Shown piece by piece: positions 35,801 through 50,110 of a DNA stretch of 64,000 nt. The notes below the pieces were generated by a model. The model saw nothing but the letters and a program-made list of their open reading frames with translations, was not told where the DNA came from and did no database searches. Location: positions 11,160,001 through 11,224,000 of the forward strand of contig NC_081331.1 in assembly GCF_022539665.2 (NCBI RefSeq), in the 5' to 3' direction. Origin of the DNA: Daphnia carinata (taxonomy: Eukaryota). The translations under genes and the position numbers were made by a program. Position 1 is the first letter of the stretch. Each line of letters begins with the position of its first letter.

Positions 35801-38800
35801 GGAGAAGCTGTCGCGCTTTATTTTTTCTCGCGTGTATTTTTTCCCTCACTAGCTGTTCCACCCTTCAGGCTTGACGGTAATATCAAGTGGAGTATCATCC
35901 TTCCTGCTGCTTCTTCCCATTTCTGTAAAGTTGGATGTTGTTCTATGAGTCCCCGTGAGTGGTTAGATATCGAACCATCATTTTCGTCTTGATGTGCGCG
36001 CACGCGACGGAGAAGCGCAAGAAGAAGACAGCTGGGATGCGTCTGGAAAGAGAAAACCCGGAACGACGTCGTTATCAAAGTATGGAGGTCGCATGTACAC
36101 AAAAAAAAAAGAATCCTGTTGTCGAAAAGAAAAAAAAACAAAGCCGAAGCGTGTTCTCAATTCAGCTATTTCTTTTTTCTATATAGCCTGTTTTGCTACT
36201 TTTCGTTTCCCGTGCAAGTGAAAAAAAGAAAAAAAGAATTTTGTCTTTTCACGTCGTAATTTTGCTTTATTGATGCAGAGAACACCTTGTGCGCCTTAAT
36301 GAACTAATCAAAATTCGGGATCGTTTCTCAAGGACGGCAATTGAGTTCAGATGACGTCGTCTTTTATTTTCATTTTGCGAAAAATGTGGAAATAGTTTGA
36401 GAAGGAAAGGCTCAACCTTCCTGGCAGATTTATCCGTTTGCCTGTGCAGAGGCACGCTCGCATTTGTCCTGACAAGTTGAGAAAAAGCGCATCTTGAAGA
36501 CATTGCCAGCTATCGCGCGAGCACGCTCACTGCTTGAATCGATTGATTTTCTGTAATCGCAACTGTCACTCCCAAAAAAGGGCAAGAAAAGAAGGGTCTC
36601 ATGTTTATGGATCGGATGTTTTATCACAGATGCTTGCCCTTGTTTACAATTAAAAAGATCTGCAGTGTCATCTCTGGCACTTGGTGGCGTGCTAAATTTG
36701 ATTAATCTTTATTTTTGTTTTTCTTGTTGCTCTTTATTTTGCTGCCGCATTTTGCTGCTGCAGTGAATCTGGATGAGCGTCTGCGTCTGAGTAGCTGCCT
36801 GGACGATTACAAGTTACAAGAGGTCGTATTGGTGCCTTTGGGCGGCAAGAACGCATCGCTACTTACACCCTCAGTGTCCGTGAGCGACTTGTCGTCGTCA
36901 TCATCCAACAGCATGAACAGAAAGTCGGTTAACTTGTCTGCTAGCAACAGCAGCAAAATGTCGAGCAAGTCTACGCTAAAACCCACCACGTCGGAAGCGA
37001 CACTGGTTGGACACGAAAAGAAAAAACGAGGACTACTTGGTCTTCTTGGATTCGGCAAACATAAGAAAGGATCGGTTAGTTATTCACGTTTTTATCTTTA
37101 ACATTTTCTCTTTTGTTTTCGTTGTACCTGTTAATTTACAATAGCGTGAGGTTAAACCGGAATTTTTACTAGTTTAGTTTTTGATAGAAAATTTGTTGAA
37201 TAGTGTCATTTCCTCATCGCGATTTTATTTAGCTAACGTTGGATAATTGCTAATTGCGCAACAGTTTTGAGGACGATTAGCTTTTACGGTGGCCAGCGGT
37301 AGGTAAATGGTTCAGGAAACGAAGTAGAGGCTACAACTAAACTGGGCGCATTAAATAAATAGCTGCCGGCAGCTGCTCTAAAAAGCGCTGTTTGCATTTA
37401 ATATTATCATCTGAGACTATGGTCGATGACGGAGGCGTACGCACTCGCTGGCCACTTGATTTTATAGTCTGTAATTGCGTCATCACTAAAAAATGCCAAG
37501 GCTGTGCGTGAAGTGAGACTGTCTTGTTGTTCGTCGCTTTGTGGAGGAGATAAACGAGGTCTTCTCAATGAACACCTTGTTTAAATTATTAATCTTTTTC
37601 AACCTTCGCTTGAGAATTTGGTTCACACGCAACCTGATTCTGGTGTAGACACAAAGTTTTTTTTTAAGAGGGGCTCGATAAAGCTGCGTTATTGTGTCTG
37701 TTTTTATCTTGACAAGTCGGAATGTTATTTCAAAATGTTTGCTTTATTTGTTATTGGTTGACACGAATTCATTTTTTTTTTCTGTGTTATTCCATTAGAG
37801 TATGGGCGATAGTGGTATGGGTGACAGTGTTGGTGACCGGAGTATTTCACCATCTCGATCGGAAGAGCCGGTTCCTCCGGCTCCTCCTGTTGAGCCGGTA
37901 GCTCCCAGCCCACCATCGCCTGTCCTGTTTTCTAAACGGCTCGCTGAAGAAGCCGTGGCCAAGCGGAATAGCCGTTTAATGTTGAGCCAGATGTCTACAG
38001 AGGCTTTCACTACACCGACATCAACTGATGGCCCTCCGCCTCTCCGTAAAACGATTTCGACTACGTCCAACGGAGCGACGCCGCCAGCAAATAAACCAAT
38101 CGCTAAGAAAAAGCGAGCTCCGGCTCCGCCTCAGCCACCACCGTCGACACAATCGAATGGAATGAATGGACCTCCCAAGGTTGAATGAAAGATAATTTCA
38201 TCTTTTTACGGCATGCGATTTAATTGATAATAATGGGCAAAAATGTTATAAAGATTTCTGTTGATAAGGCGGCGTCGGAGGTATCGTCCTATTCCACGTC
38301 ATCGTCGTCTGGTAGCAATTATGTATCGCCAACGACGTCGGTCATCCATCATTCTGAAGAGGAAGTGGTATTGCGTAGTTCCTCACCTAAGCTGTGAGTG
38401 TAATCCATTAGCTCTATGCCGCTCTTCACGTCATTTTTTTTTTAAATTACTTGTTTTCTTCGTTCACTTTCAGATCGTATCAACGACAAGATTCTAATTA
38501 CATGTCACGTCAACGTCAGCCGGATAGCGGATGTAGCAGCCCAGTAAGGTCGCCAAGATCCAACATGATCACAACTCCCGGCAATTCTTCATCAAATTTA
38601 ACGCAGGTAAAAGAAAAAAAAAGATGAAATAATATGAGCACGAACGAAAATTCGTGATGTATGGTGTAAAACAAAAACAAAACAATGTTGAGTGATTACT
38701 GATTTGGGGTGGGCGTGCGTTTTAGGTGTCCAGCACTTCGAACGCTTCACTGGCTTCGGCCATCAAAAAAAGGAAAGCTCCGGTACCTCCTCCTGCTCTT

Positions 38801-41800
38801 GACGAACAAGTCGAAGCCTCTGAGAAGATACCGCCGGCGACTGTCACGGTGGTGGTCGATGGATCACACGACGATTCTGACAGGGTATCTTCCGTCTCTG
38901 ACCAACTGTCGAGCGTATCCGACTTGTCTTCGACGCGAAAATCAGAGACGCCGGATATCATTGAGCCAGCCATCGTCGTTGAACTGACACCTCAACATCG
39001 TCATTATGAACAGCAACAACAACAAACTTCAGGTGAGGAGGCCGAGATCCAAAATTGGAATCATTTCTTAACCGAGCTCGGCCAGATGCTCGATCTCGAC
39101 AGCCAGCAAAATCGACGGCTACGAGTGTCGAACCTGTGAAACGAACAGAGGGACAACAACCATTGGACACATAATCCCTTTTTATGTTTATTTTATTTTT
39201 GATTGATTTTCCCTCGTGAGATCGATTTGGTCTCTTTCATCCGGAGAAAAGAAACCACATATTCGGCAGCAACACCCACACACGCTTGCTCGCTCGATCG
39301 CTCGCCAACTCTTTTTTATTATTATCATTTTTAAAGGATTCGGTTAGTTTTGAAGCTATTAAGTTGAGTAGTTTTATAATTTTTTTTCGTATTGTTGCCG
39401 TTGGTTAGTTTCACTGCGCTAGTGCACACATTAACTTGTCGGTAGGTAAGTACGCATGTCAAATTGTTTTGATTATGGGGTCGGACGCATGTGGAATCAG
39501 TCGAGCTTGGAATGTGTGGCTGGTGCATCGCTTGGTTTAACTGCCTATTTTATTTCTTACATTTTTTTTAGTTTCTTTAAAACAAAAAAAAAAAATAACA
39601 ATTTTCTAACGCTTTTGAAACACGCGCAGTAGTGACACCCGTACCCGCTGCTCGTACTAGAGCCCCCCGTCCTGTAAAATCTGCTACAACTCCACCGCCA
39701 TCACCGTGCGATGAAGGCCAAGTTATTGACTTGTTGGTGAAGGTTCTGCGCGACCACCATGAAGCAAGTAGCAACCGAAAATTGTCTTCCTCCTTCTGCT
39801 CTTCGTCATCCGAAGGCGACGATTTGACCTTGGACGACCAAAGTCTCGACATGTTTTCTAGCCGAAATGAGCTCAATCAAACGAGTAAAGCTCAACGGGC
39901 GGTTCTAGCGGTCGAAGTGGCTGCGGTGGATAAACGACAGCAGCAGCAGCAGCAGCTGGAACTGCGATCGATTCAGGGTACGGAAGCAGAGCGCTTGAAA
40001 TTGGCTCGGCAACAGCAAACCATAAAGCTGGAACAAGAAAATCTTACTCGGCAAAATATACCTATGCTTGCAACGATGGAACAGCCGAGCGTATCGCCTG
40101 CGGAAGTGGAACACACCAAGCGGAAAAAATGGGATCGTTCCCCACAAAGTCAAGTCGACCTATTGGCTACGCGTACCGATTCGTCTGATGATGAAATGTC
40201 GTTGAAGGTCCCGATACCACTGAATCGGCGGCCCAGAGTCCCCAGCGCTGCAGCCATGAGCCATACGAGTAGCGTCAGCGAATTTTTCAGCCTATCTGAG
40301 GCCGAAAGCGAGTCACCAATTCAAGAACGAACGTATGAAGTAGTTGGCTGGTCGGAAGAAAACGAGGAAAATATGGATGACCCGGATGTGTCGTTTGCTG
40401 CCATGTGCGCAGCATTGGCCAGACGGAAACAGCGAGGCGATCTGGATTTACCCAATGATCTGAGCGTTGTATCAATTGAGACGGTTCAATCGCCGGACCA
40501 AATGGGCAGCAGTTCCAGTGGCAGCAGCCAATTGGGTGGTGGTGATTCAGTTGGTGGAGGATTTTGGCAACGGCCAGACATCAAACCAGGTTGGACAACC
40601 GAAAAAAGCCATTCAGTATCCTCCTCACCACGTTCAGCATCACCTGCACTTCGTAGATCGAGCAGTCTCAGTGACGTTCCAGGCGATTCTCTCCTCTTCC
40701 CCCCACTTTCTAACTCTTCCTTCTCTGCTGTCTTGTAAGTTTTTCTTTCTTTCTTTTAAACACGTTTTCGTTTCTTTCGCTCGGGAAAGGGAAAAAGAAG
40801 TATTTAGGTTTTCAAATTACTAATACCTAATATTGTGAGTGGTCGTATGGTTTATTTCTGCATGGGCACTTTTGCAAAACATTAGACACTTTACAGCTTT
40901 ATTGCTTCGGTTTCGGTGGGAAGTCGACTTTTAAATGCCTGTCTCCGACTCCTCCAATTTGATCTCATTTCATTCTCAGATTATTTTATCCCCAAAATAA
41001 CCATCTGTTTTTTTACGTTAAATTTTTAGTTGACATTTTTACATATTTTTTTTGTTTGACTGAAACATAACCCAAACTAAACGACATCCTCCGTTTGCAA
41101 ACGTTGTGTACTCTATACTAACAGATCGAGTCGTGGCGAATACGAGGACATACCGCTTTTGTTGATCAATCACAACGCAGACGGACGCCTCTTTCATCCA
41201 GGTGCATGCAATGGAAATTTCTTCCTCTATTTTTTTTGTTTTGTTTTGTATCGTATAAACCTTTCTAAAAACCTTGTAACCTCGCATTCTACTTGTTAAG
41301 CTCGCGCTTTGGCTTGACTCGTATTGATGTACGTGTAAATTTCCTGATTCTCCATACTTCTAGACTAACTGGCTCGTTTGACATTTCGGAGGTAACGTTG
41401 CTCGCATTTAGCATTTATTACCCTTTTTTTTTTTTTTTTTTTCGCCCTTTTATTTTTTACATAAAACTTGTGTTAAGCAACATGCTTCTCGGTTAGAGAA
41501 ACCCTGGAAGGTAAAAAAAAAATCCATTTTCGTTTATTTTCTTTGGCAATACCAATGCGGATTTGCCGGGTTTCGTCTGAGTGCGTGTGTGGCTTCGTTT
41601 AGGCACTGATCAAGTGAAATGATGGTGTGATTTAAAAAAAAAAAATGGTAGGTCTTTGAAAACTAATCAAATCTTTGTTTTGGGGATTTTCATTTTAGAC
41701 TTGGACAGCCCCCGATCAATTGCAACAGATTCCACAAACGCCAACTCTGAACGTCCAGCCAATTCTATTTCTTCCGAGGATGATTACGAGCAGCTCGAGT

Positions 41801-44784
41801 ACCGAAGAAAGAATAGCGATGAAAAAGAGAAGAACGACAGCTATCGCGAAGCCCACGAGGAAGAAGAGACGGTCGTATCCGAACCTATTTACACGATGGT
41901 GATAAAACCACCCAAGCCCCTTGTAGCTGTGGACTTGGAGCCGCAAACGAACGACAAAATGGAACAGACCAATGAAGACGTGCAAGTAGACGAGCCTGAC
42001 AGGTGTGACGTAAAGGCCATCGTAATGCTAAGAGAGGAGGAGCCTGAGATGGAGAGGGATGCGGGTGATGGACAGACCGAGTCGCCCATTATGTGGGAGT
42101 ACAAATTGCCAGCTCCGCCCACGCCCTTCCAGGATTCGGCACAATCGCCTTTGGATAAACTTCAAATTGCTAGCGAATCGGAATTGAGCCGTTCGACGCG
42201 CAGTTCCATGTCGACCGACAGCCTACAGCAAAACAGGAGTGCGGATGAAGAGAATTTTGCCAAGGATTCGCCTCGTTCGTCCATCGATTGCCAAGAACCC
42301 GAGGCTGAAACTTCGGCCGAGATCTCCATCAAAGAGGATAACGACGTTAAAGAGGTGGCCCTTAAATTACATCGCGGGCTGGAACTGTTGGGCGAAACCA
42401 CTACGGAAGAACCTTCGCTAGACGATCCTGCGATTGAAGAGGTTGTAAATGTGGCCGAAGAAAATAAAGTTGTCCTTCAGTCAAGTGACCCGGAGGCTAA
42501 GCCGTATGGGATCGAATCGACGACTGACGAGCCCATGTCGCAACCATCTTCTTTGCCTCCAATGCCAAGCACTTTACCGCCAATCGATAGCGACGATGAA
42601 TTCTCTCCACCTGACATGCAGTTTTCCATCGCCACGTATACTGTCCGCGTGAGCAAAGATTCACCCTACGAAAAGAAATTGACACGACCCGTTTTGCCCG
42701 AAGAAGTGTCAGAAAACATTATTAATCCTATTAATGGTACCAATTTTTAGTGTTATGAATTTTAAATAGAGTAAAAGCCTCTAATGAAACTGTTTGTATT
42801 TAGATTCTACAAAGGAGGCCAACAATCCGTTACCAATAGTTACCGAAACAAAGGAGCAGGAAATGATAGCCGATCCAGTTAAGACCGAAGAGAACTCCGG
42901 AAGTAGCCCTGTACCTGCAGCCGGCCAATTGCCTCTGCCGATGTTAAATGCCGATTTTATCCAACAATTTCAAAATGCACTGCACTCTATCACAGGTATG
43001 TCGCGAATGGCGGGTTGATTGACACTACGTTACATCCGCTTCGATTGTGTGTAGATTTCTTTTACTGGCGGATGTTGTTAATTGTTTGGTTTGTCTTTTT
43101 CAAAAACAGATCCAAAGGCACGCGCTCTACAGGAAGAGTTTTTGCGTTTGCAGCAACAGTTCCTCACTCTGCAAATGCAAGCCGTCGTGCAGCAAAACAG
43201 TGCAGTTACAGTAGAATCTGATCCCGTCGACATCTCAACAGATCATTCCGATACGACCACGTTGAAGGAGAAGACTGTTTTAATTGAAGAAGCTCCAACA
43301 GCCGCAGATTTACAAGCTGAGCCGTTGGTTGAAGCTGATTCTAAACAAATTCAACTAGTGGAATCACCTGTCGAACCTCCGCTCAAAATTACAGACCCAG
43401 CTCAAGAGCAGCTCCCGTACGACTGACGATTTATCATTTATCTTTCACGTTTCATATCTGACTGCCGTGCTCATTTTCTTGTCGATGCAGGAAGCAAGAA
43501 ATTGAACTTGAACTTGAGACTCCAGTGTACCGCTACACTGGGCCTCCTCAAGTCAAACTCGATACGTGGAAGCCTGGCCGCCCTCGCTCTGAAGTGATCG
43601 ACTATAGTCGATCGTCGAGTTTCAACGTTCCGTTGGCACCTGTAGAAAAGAAGATCGATGCGCCTGTAATTGGTACCGTTGCAGCCACCGTCTTGGCAAT
43701 GGATACGAATACTAGTAGTCCGACCGTGGCTACCATTCCTGAAGAAGTCGTTCTTCCAGTTCAAGTGTCACGTATTCCAGAAGAAGAGAGCAAAATCAAA
43801 CCGATAGTATCGGAAGTTGAAGAAATATTGGCTGTTCGCGAAAAGATAGAGCACATTGAGAGCAGTAGCAACAACAGTAGCAATTGCACTAGCCCCGTTC
43901 TTAAACCCATCGTTTTGCGTAAATCATCTTTCATTACCGCTCGTCCATTTGAAGCTCGTCCCGTTTCTATGCCCATACGGAGGCCAAATTTTACGCCTAT
44001 GGTTATTCAACCTGTGCCCTTTGTCTTTGGCAAAATGCGAGCTCCTGAAGTGCGTGGCTTTGCCTCGTTACCACCTGATAATCGAGTTGAAATGCAGGGC
44101 ATCAGAATGACTGGTCCAACGGGGGTAACTCCTTTCTCAGCAGTCAATAAGAATCGTTCAATTGCACCAGTTAGTAAGGAGAATCCCACGATTGTCATTC
44201 GCAACAAACTGATCGAATCAGCCCGTCGGCCATCGGCGGAGCTTAATGGCACGCCTCTCAAATCAGAAGATTCTCCTGATCAGGTATTTTGCTGGAAATT
44301 CATTTAAAAAACATTTTAACATTTTTTCTTTGGTCTGAATGCTCTTTGTTAAAATGTGAAAGGTGGAAGACACGTTTGCAGAAGTAAAAGAAACTTCTCC
44401 TGCTGCAGTGGAAACACGCCGGACCACGTCGTCTATTCGGCCGCTATCGATGCCGATGAGCAGCAGCCTACTGTTGGCCGCTGGGGCAGGCGGGGTAGTC
44501 AATAAACCCCAACCACTTAGCCCTGAGATTTCCAAGCCACCTATTGCAGCCCAACCGACTGCCATTTCTGGTGCCGATCCTTCTACAACTGCCGGAAGGC
44601 GTTCTTTGTCGTCAAAGTTTGTCCGCAAAGTCGATCCTCGGGAAGAACTTCTCAACTCGATTCGAAGCTTTGCCAACGGAGGATCCCTAAAAAAGGTAAA
44701 TTTTCTGCTAATCAACTATTCAATATAAAACAGGAATTAATATTTTTGTTGTTTTTACAGACAGGGGCCAGTTTGGATAAGTAG
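32870..44784 (+). CDS. Cordon-bleu (Cobl)-like protein: N-terminal ubiquitin-like domains, KRAP motifs, C-terminal WH2
   Basis: Exons with PMLDLLIHVTAANKISPAAH..KPSTPIG, FEQSFRVQVRLPRNQLFVTRV..LADLLHTVCNEKALDP, KKKRAPAPP, KKRKAPVPP, MWEYKLPAPP and the WH2 DPREELLNSIRSF..GSLKK. Last exon 44761-44784. Internal exon structure is partly uncertain. Confidence 0.8.
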
Positions 44785-45529
44785 GAACATTTGTGAACAA
44801 GTCAACGCTGTCTGTGTCAAAATTCCTTGCTATATAAAAACGCTGTTAAGTTTTCTATTCACATTCCAGGTTAATCATTCAAAAAATGTTTTGCAGTTTT
44901 GAAACATTTGGTTTCCACAGTTAGTTTACTTTTTTTTTAAGATAATTATATCAATAAAAACTGTTATGCATTCCGAAAGTTATGCTTATTCATTGTTTCA
45001 GTTCGTACTCTGCGCAAATCGTTGATGAAAAGAAAAATGTTAACGGGAGTTATAAAATTATTTGTGCATAAATAAAACTGGTTAAGTATTTGCATTCGAT
45101 TTCATGTTAAACGCCCTAAATGTTAATCCAAAAATTCTTGGGCGAATAAATACACTATCACTCGATCGTTTCGAGAATAAATCACATCAATATTTTTCTT
45201 TTTCATACAGTTAAGGATTTAATATGAAGACCTTGAGTTTTGACTGTAATGATATCTTAAAGCTTAACAAACTCGGAATTTAGTGTTTCGGAATAGATGC
45301 AACCACCACTATAGCAACAAATAATAATAGTATCACCATCCAATAGCCTGTATACAAAGGCAAAATAATTAAACATTGATTTCTTTACTGTCACCTTATT
45401 ACATACCAAAAGTGCGATCCTTTCTGTCAACGACAGCGATGTGGGATGTCTGCTGCGCCATTCTATCCCTAGTGCGATCCACGTTGTCTGCTATATTTTC
45501 AATTAGATCTAATTTGAAAAGAAAACTTG

Positions 45530-46483
45530 TAAGCATGGTTTCATTTCTTGATTAAAATATCCAAACTGAAATACCATTTTGTGATTCAACTTCATCACCT
45601 ATTGTCTGGGCAATTTGCCTCTGCCTACCAATAATTCTTGACAGTTCCTCTAGTCCTCTGTCTTGATCTAATGAAATATTCCACTGCAAAGACGAACAAT
45701 ATATCTACTCTCATATATCAACAAACCTGCTAGGATCTGGGACTGAATTTGCTTCAGCTCTCGATGAGGAATATGTTCATCAGCCATTGTTGGGATTACT
45801 GGATTTGAAGAGACTACCACCCCAGATGAAATTTTTCCAAGTGAATGGTGGTTATCTAATATACTGTTTGTCGAAAGGACTACATTCTTAAGCTTTCCCT
45901 TTTTAATGTATAAAAAGTCAAACCTGCTATTTAGAGAATTCTGAAGTTGCCTATGTTTGCTCAATAGATCTTCAAGAAGAAGGTTTCTTCTTTCTTTTTC
46001 TCTGGCAGTTCTATTTGCAAAATAAGTAAATTAAATAAGATAAATTAGCTATGCTACTGTTAAATTTATGCACACATACAACTGCTTATTTTGGGAGAGG
46101 CGTTCAAGGTGTGCTTTTAGACTCTGGATTTCACCATGAAGTTGACCCAAGCTATTCCTCAACTGGAAAGAAAGTCTTGCATACGCTTGGGAATTCTTAG
46201 GTAATTGGTCCCTTTCATTTAAAATTCCAAGTAGAGAAAAATGTAGCTTTTCTGCAGTTGAATACTGTCTTTCCCTAGGTTAATGAATATTATGTTAATG
46301 ATAATACTATAGGTGAAGAATCCACTTATAATTTTTGGTTGTGTCCCAACAACACTTCAAATGTTAACGGTACATACAGTACGTAATACATATTTGTTTA
46401 CCAAGTATATGTCGTATCATCGCCCAAATCGACGAGCGCCATTCTTCGATTACGTCTGCTTCTAAACTTGAGTGAAATGCCAT
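45530..46483 (-). pseudogene. Decayed spliced coding sequence of unknown family
   Basis: Exon-like blocks bounded by short intron-like segments (KERRNLLLEDLLSKHRQLQNSL.. 98 aa ORF), with in-frame stops in neighbouring blocks. Confidence 0.3.
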
Positions 46484-47067
46484 GATGTCGAATCTCAAAA
46501 TATAAACTTAAGTTTTCAAAACAGGAATGAAAAATCTGAAAATTAGGCGTGAGCCGCGTAGCTCCGTAACTTATTGTGAAATATTTACTTCCAATCTAAT
46601 CCTTTACAACACGGCTGCATCTGTTGTACTGTTTCATCATTTGACATCAACATTGACGAACAGACCATCAGTCAGGTCTCACCGAATCTCAGTTCAACGA
46701 GCAACATTTACGGGGAACTAGGGTAAGTGGCTTTGATTCAACCACTAGATTTGATTACAATGATAAGCAGTAAGAATAACACTTGTGGTCGGTATCAGAT
46801 CAACACATCGTGTGCTTTATTTTAAAATGCACACACGTATTTTCATATTTGGCTTTCGATTCGACAGCTAACAGAACCCATATGCATCAGAATGAAATGC
46901 AATTCGTTCTGCTGATTTCAGCGTTCGTTATACCAAATGTCGAAGTGTTATACGTTATGTAGTAAATCCGTTTTTATGTTCCTCTAGTTATACTTGAAAT
47001 TTTTTGTCTATATGTTATTTATATCTGCCAGATCTGGGGGATCTGCTTCCTGTTCTATTTTCGTCTA

Positions 47068-48755
47068 ATGGTCCTCAGCAACGAAAATACAGGATTCTCG
47101 ATGCGTCCCTTGACAAATCTCATAACATCGTCGGAAAGCAATAACACGTTCGGGGAGAACTTCTCTATAATGCTTCGGTAACCAGTCGATAAATGCCGAA
47201 GAGGACATTTCAACTACAAAATTCTATCTTTATAGGTGGAAGAGAAGTGTGTACAAATTACTTTGGAAACACATGCTAATCTACTTCCTAGTCTACATAT
47301 CGCTAAGCATTATCGACCAATTCATCCTTCCCGAAAACGGGAAAAGGTATTTACCTTCTCAGTTTACAAACGCTCTTCTCTTTCCATATACTCATTTTGG
47401 AATTTTCTGCTAAAAGGAATTTCAGAGTTCTGGCCGAACATTGTTCTCGCTATTCGGGGAGTATAAATCTGATGGTCATGTTGGGATTTTTTACATCAAC
47501 AGCCATGCAACGCTTATTCTCCATGCAAACCACAATACCTGGCACTGCCAAATCAATTACCACATTCATTTCGTCTTTGAAACCAGACCTGATTGAGGTG
47601 AAAACATTCATTTTGGTGATAGCTTTTCAAGTAATTTTTTCTGGTGCATCCAAAGGGATCGATGATAATCGAGCAATTTACCCGATGGCAGTTACTCGCA
47701 TGGGTCCTTACTTTTCGTCTCGTCTGTCGACCGCTACGTAAAATTTACCCCGATTTTAAGTCTTTGGAAGCTGCAGGTCACTTTGTTAGCTTGCTACAAT
47801 TCTGTATTGTTCCACTAATTTTTTTCCCTTCATCTAGGACTATTGACGCCGGAGGAGAGGGGAATTCTGGAAGACCCCAATCAGACAAAGCAAAGTACAC
47901 CTTGCGTCCTTGTTGTTTTCGATTGTAAGGAACATTAAAGACATTGCATACCACAATTTTTCATTTGATTTCTTAAAATAAAGGGATGCTGTTGCTGTTA
48001 AAGGAAACCTTCATACAAAAACGATACTTCAATGAAAGCAATTATTTGAAAAATGTGGACGCACTCATGGCATTTAAAAAAAGCTGTGGTAACGTGATTA
48101 AATTTGCCATACAGAACATTTCTCCTGCTCTCGTACAGGTGCAGCCTCTAAGTGAAACCTTTTTTTTCTCATCAACGCAATTTCACGTGTAATTTCACTT
48201 ATTTAGGCTGTCGTTTTGTCTGTTTACTGTTTTGGATGTATTACTGTTATGGCCCGTATGTTTAGCAAGGAAAATGCTCCTATGTCTAGCGCCTTCATTT
48301 CCTACGTTCCAGTACTACCAGCCATGCAGGTAGTAGATAAAAGGAGGAAGTCTGATTTATGTCAACAGCTAACTAATGTTTATCCCGTCAATGGTTGCAG
48401 TTCTTTATTTATTTCGCCTGGCTCTGTTTTGGCAAAGCTGCGCTAGATCCTTTGGAGATGACGAAGACGATATTGATGTCCCCCAAATGGTCAAACTACA
48501 TATCGAGGTAAGTAAAGCTGATTGTACATGAGTTTGAAACTTTATACTTCTTTTTCAAATCAAATCGTTGAATAAAAATACAACAATTTTCTAGAACGCT
48601 GAGAGATTAAAAGGTCTTTACGGAATGCATCTCGAGAAAGTTTTTCCTAACTTGGTAAGCGCTTCGACATAGTTTTCATCTAAAAATTCGTGCTGATAAA
48701 AACGTCTGTTCTAACATTACAGCCACAAAAACACTATAATTCAACCCCCGTATAA
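47068..48755 (+). CDS. Divergent bestrophin-family anion channel (multi-exon, short C terminus)
   Basis: RWKRSVYKLLW, INLMVMLGFFT, LRKIYPD..LEAAGLLTPEE, ISPALVQAVVLSVYCF, FFIYFAWLCFGKAALDPFGDDEDDID (Ca2+ clasp); stop TAA at 48753-48755. Confidence 0.88.
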
Positions 48756-49229
48756 GGTAGTTTACGAACTTCAAAGGTGTGGAACAGAATGCCAAATACA
48801 TCGCAAAAAAATTTGCATTTTTCGTTACTCCAGAAGAAATTCTCTATACTGTGATCAGCAACCGAACAAAAAAAGCCCACTTTCTCTTTGTAGTTCAAAT
48901 CTTAAAATATTAAGGCTTCCTTCGAAGCAAAATGCCCTTCTTGTCTTTTTGTTATTTTTCCTTTACTGGTTGAAAAACATTTATGAATAAACAAGAAATC
49001 TGTCGTCTTGTTTTCACCGGTGGAATTTCACGAATGCAACAGACAAAAATTTAAGTTCGATATACATTTGGTTATCTTAAATGTTGCGGAACCCATTCTT
49101 CCATGTATGATGTATCAGAAGGAATCCTTAGCACGATTCTGGATCCACAACACACATTACAGCTCTTGGAATGCAATAAAAGTAAAGAAGTGAATGATGA
49201 AGTGTTGTTAGTGCCCTCAAACTTAATTT

Positions 49230-50110
49230 TTGGTTTTATACGTTTAATTAAAAAACTATAAGACCCATTGGAAAATGAACTTGATTTCCGTGATTTTCAT
49301 TCAATTTTGAATCGAAATCATGTATTTCAAGTGATATTTAAATTTTGACCAAAAATCAAAAAGTGGGAAGGCTATGGCCTTCCTTCTTTTGTCAAAATCC
49401 GCAAAAAATGAAAACCCCTAGAAACCGATAAAGATCACACTGCACGACTCAAATCAAACGCTGAATTCGATCGAATGGTTTATTTTCTCGTCAAACCAAC
49501 TGTTTTTTGCAATAAACGGAAACAAAATGCTGGTATGGCACATATTTAGGTTTGTTGTTTTTTACGATTTATTAAAAAACTATAAGCCGTAGAAAAAAAT
49601 AGACGAAAAAATATGTGATTTGCATTTAATTTTGAAGCTAAATCATGTATTTTTATAGCTATACCTAGATGTTTCGAAAAAAATTAAATAGGCGATAAGG
49701 CCGGGCTTATTTTGTCGGGCTTAATTTTTAGTACGGCAGAAATTCAGTCTTGTAATTTTGACATTAAATTTGATTTAAATTAATCTAAAATAAAGCGTTG
49801 ATTTCAGGAAAAATATTTGTTTTCTCGTCAAGCCAGCCGTTTGTGTAATAAATGAAATTAACGCGAATCTGGCGCGCCAGCAATTATCGTCCGGTAGCTC
49901 CATATAGCCTTACCACTTTTGTCAACATCGGCCAAAAACGGCATCTCTTGAAATTGAAAAAATCACACGACATAATCAGAATTGAACGCTGACTTTGATT
50001 AAGTGATTTTTTTTCTCAGCCGATTTTGAAATAAAAGGAACAACGGGCTTTCGGCGCACCAACTTTATGTTCTGGTTTTTACATTTTTAAAAATAAATGT
50101 AAGCCTAATG
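49230..50110 (+). repeat. AT-rich repeat, left flank of the foldback element
   Basis: Shares subrepeats with 6545-7045 and 55123-55860 (GAAGGCTATxGCCTTCCTxCTTTTGTCAAAATC, GTCGGGCTTA). Confidence 0.7.

Noticed and set aside
29200..36700. Numerous 60-110 aa ORFs
   Set aside because: Low-complexity F/K-rich translations of UTR or intron DNA of the Cobl-like locus; only the spliced exons are credible.
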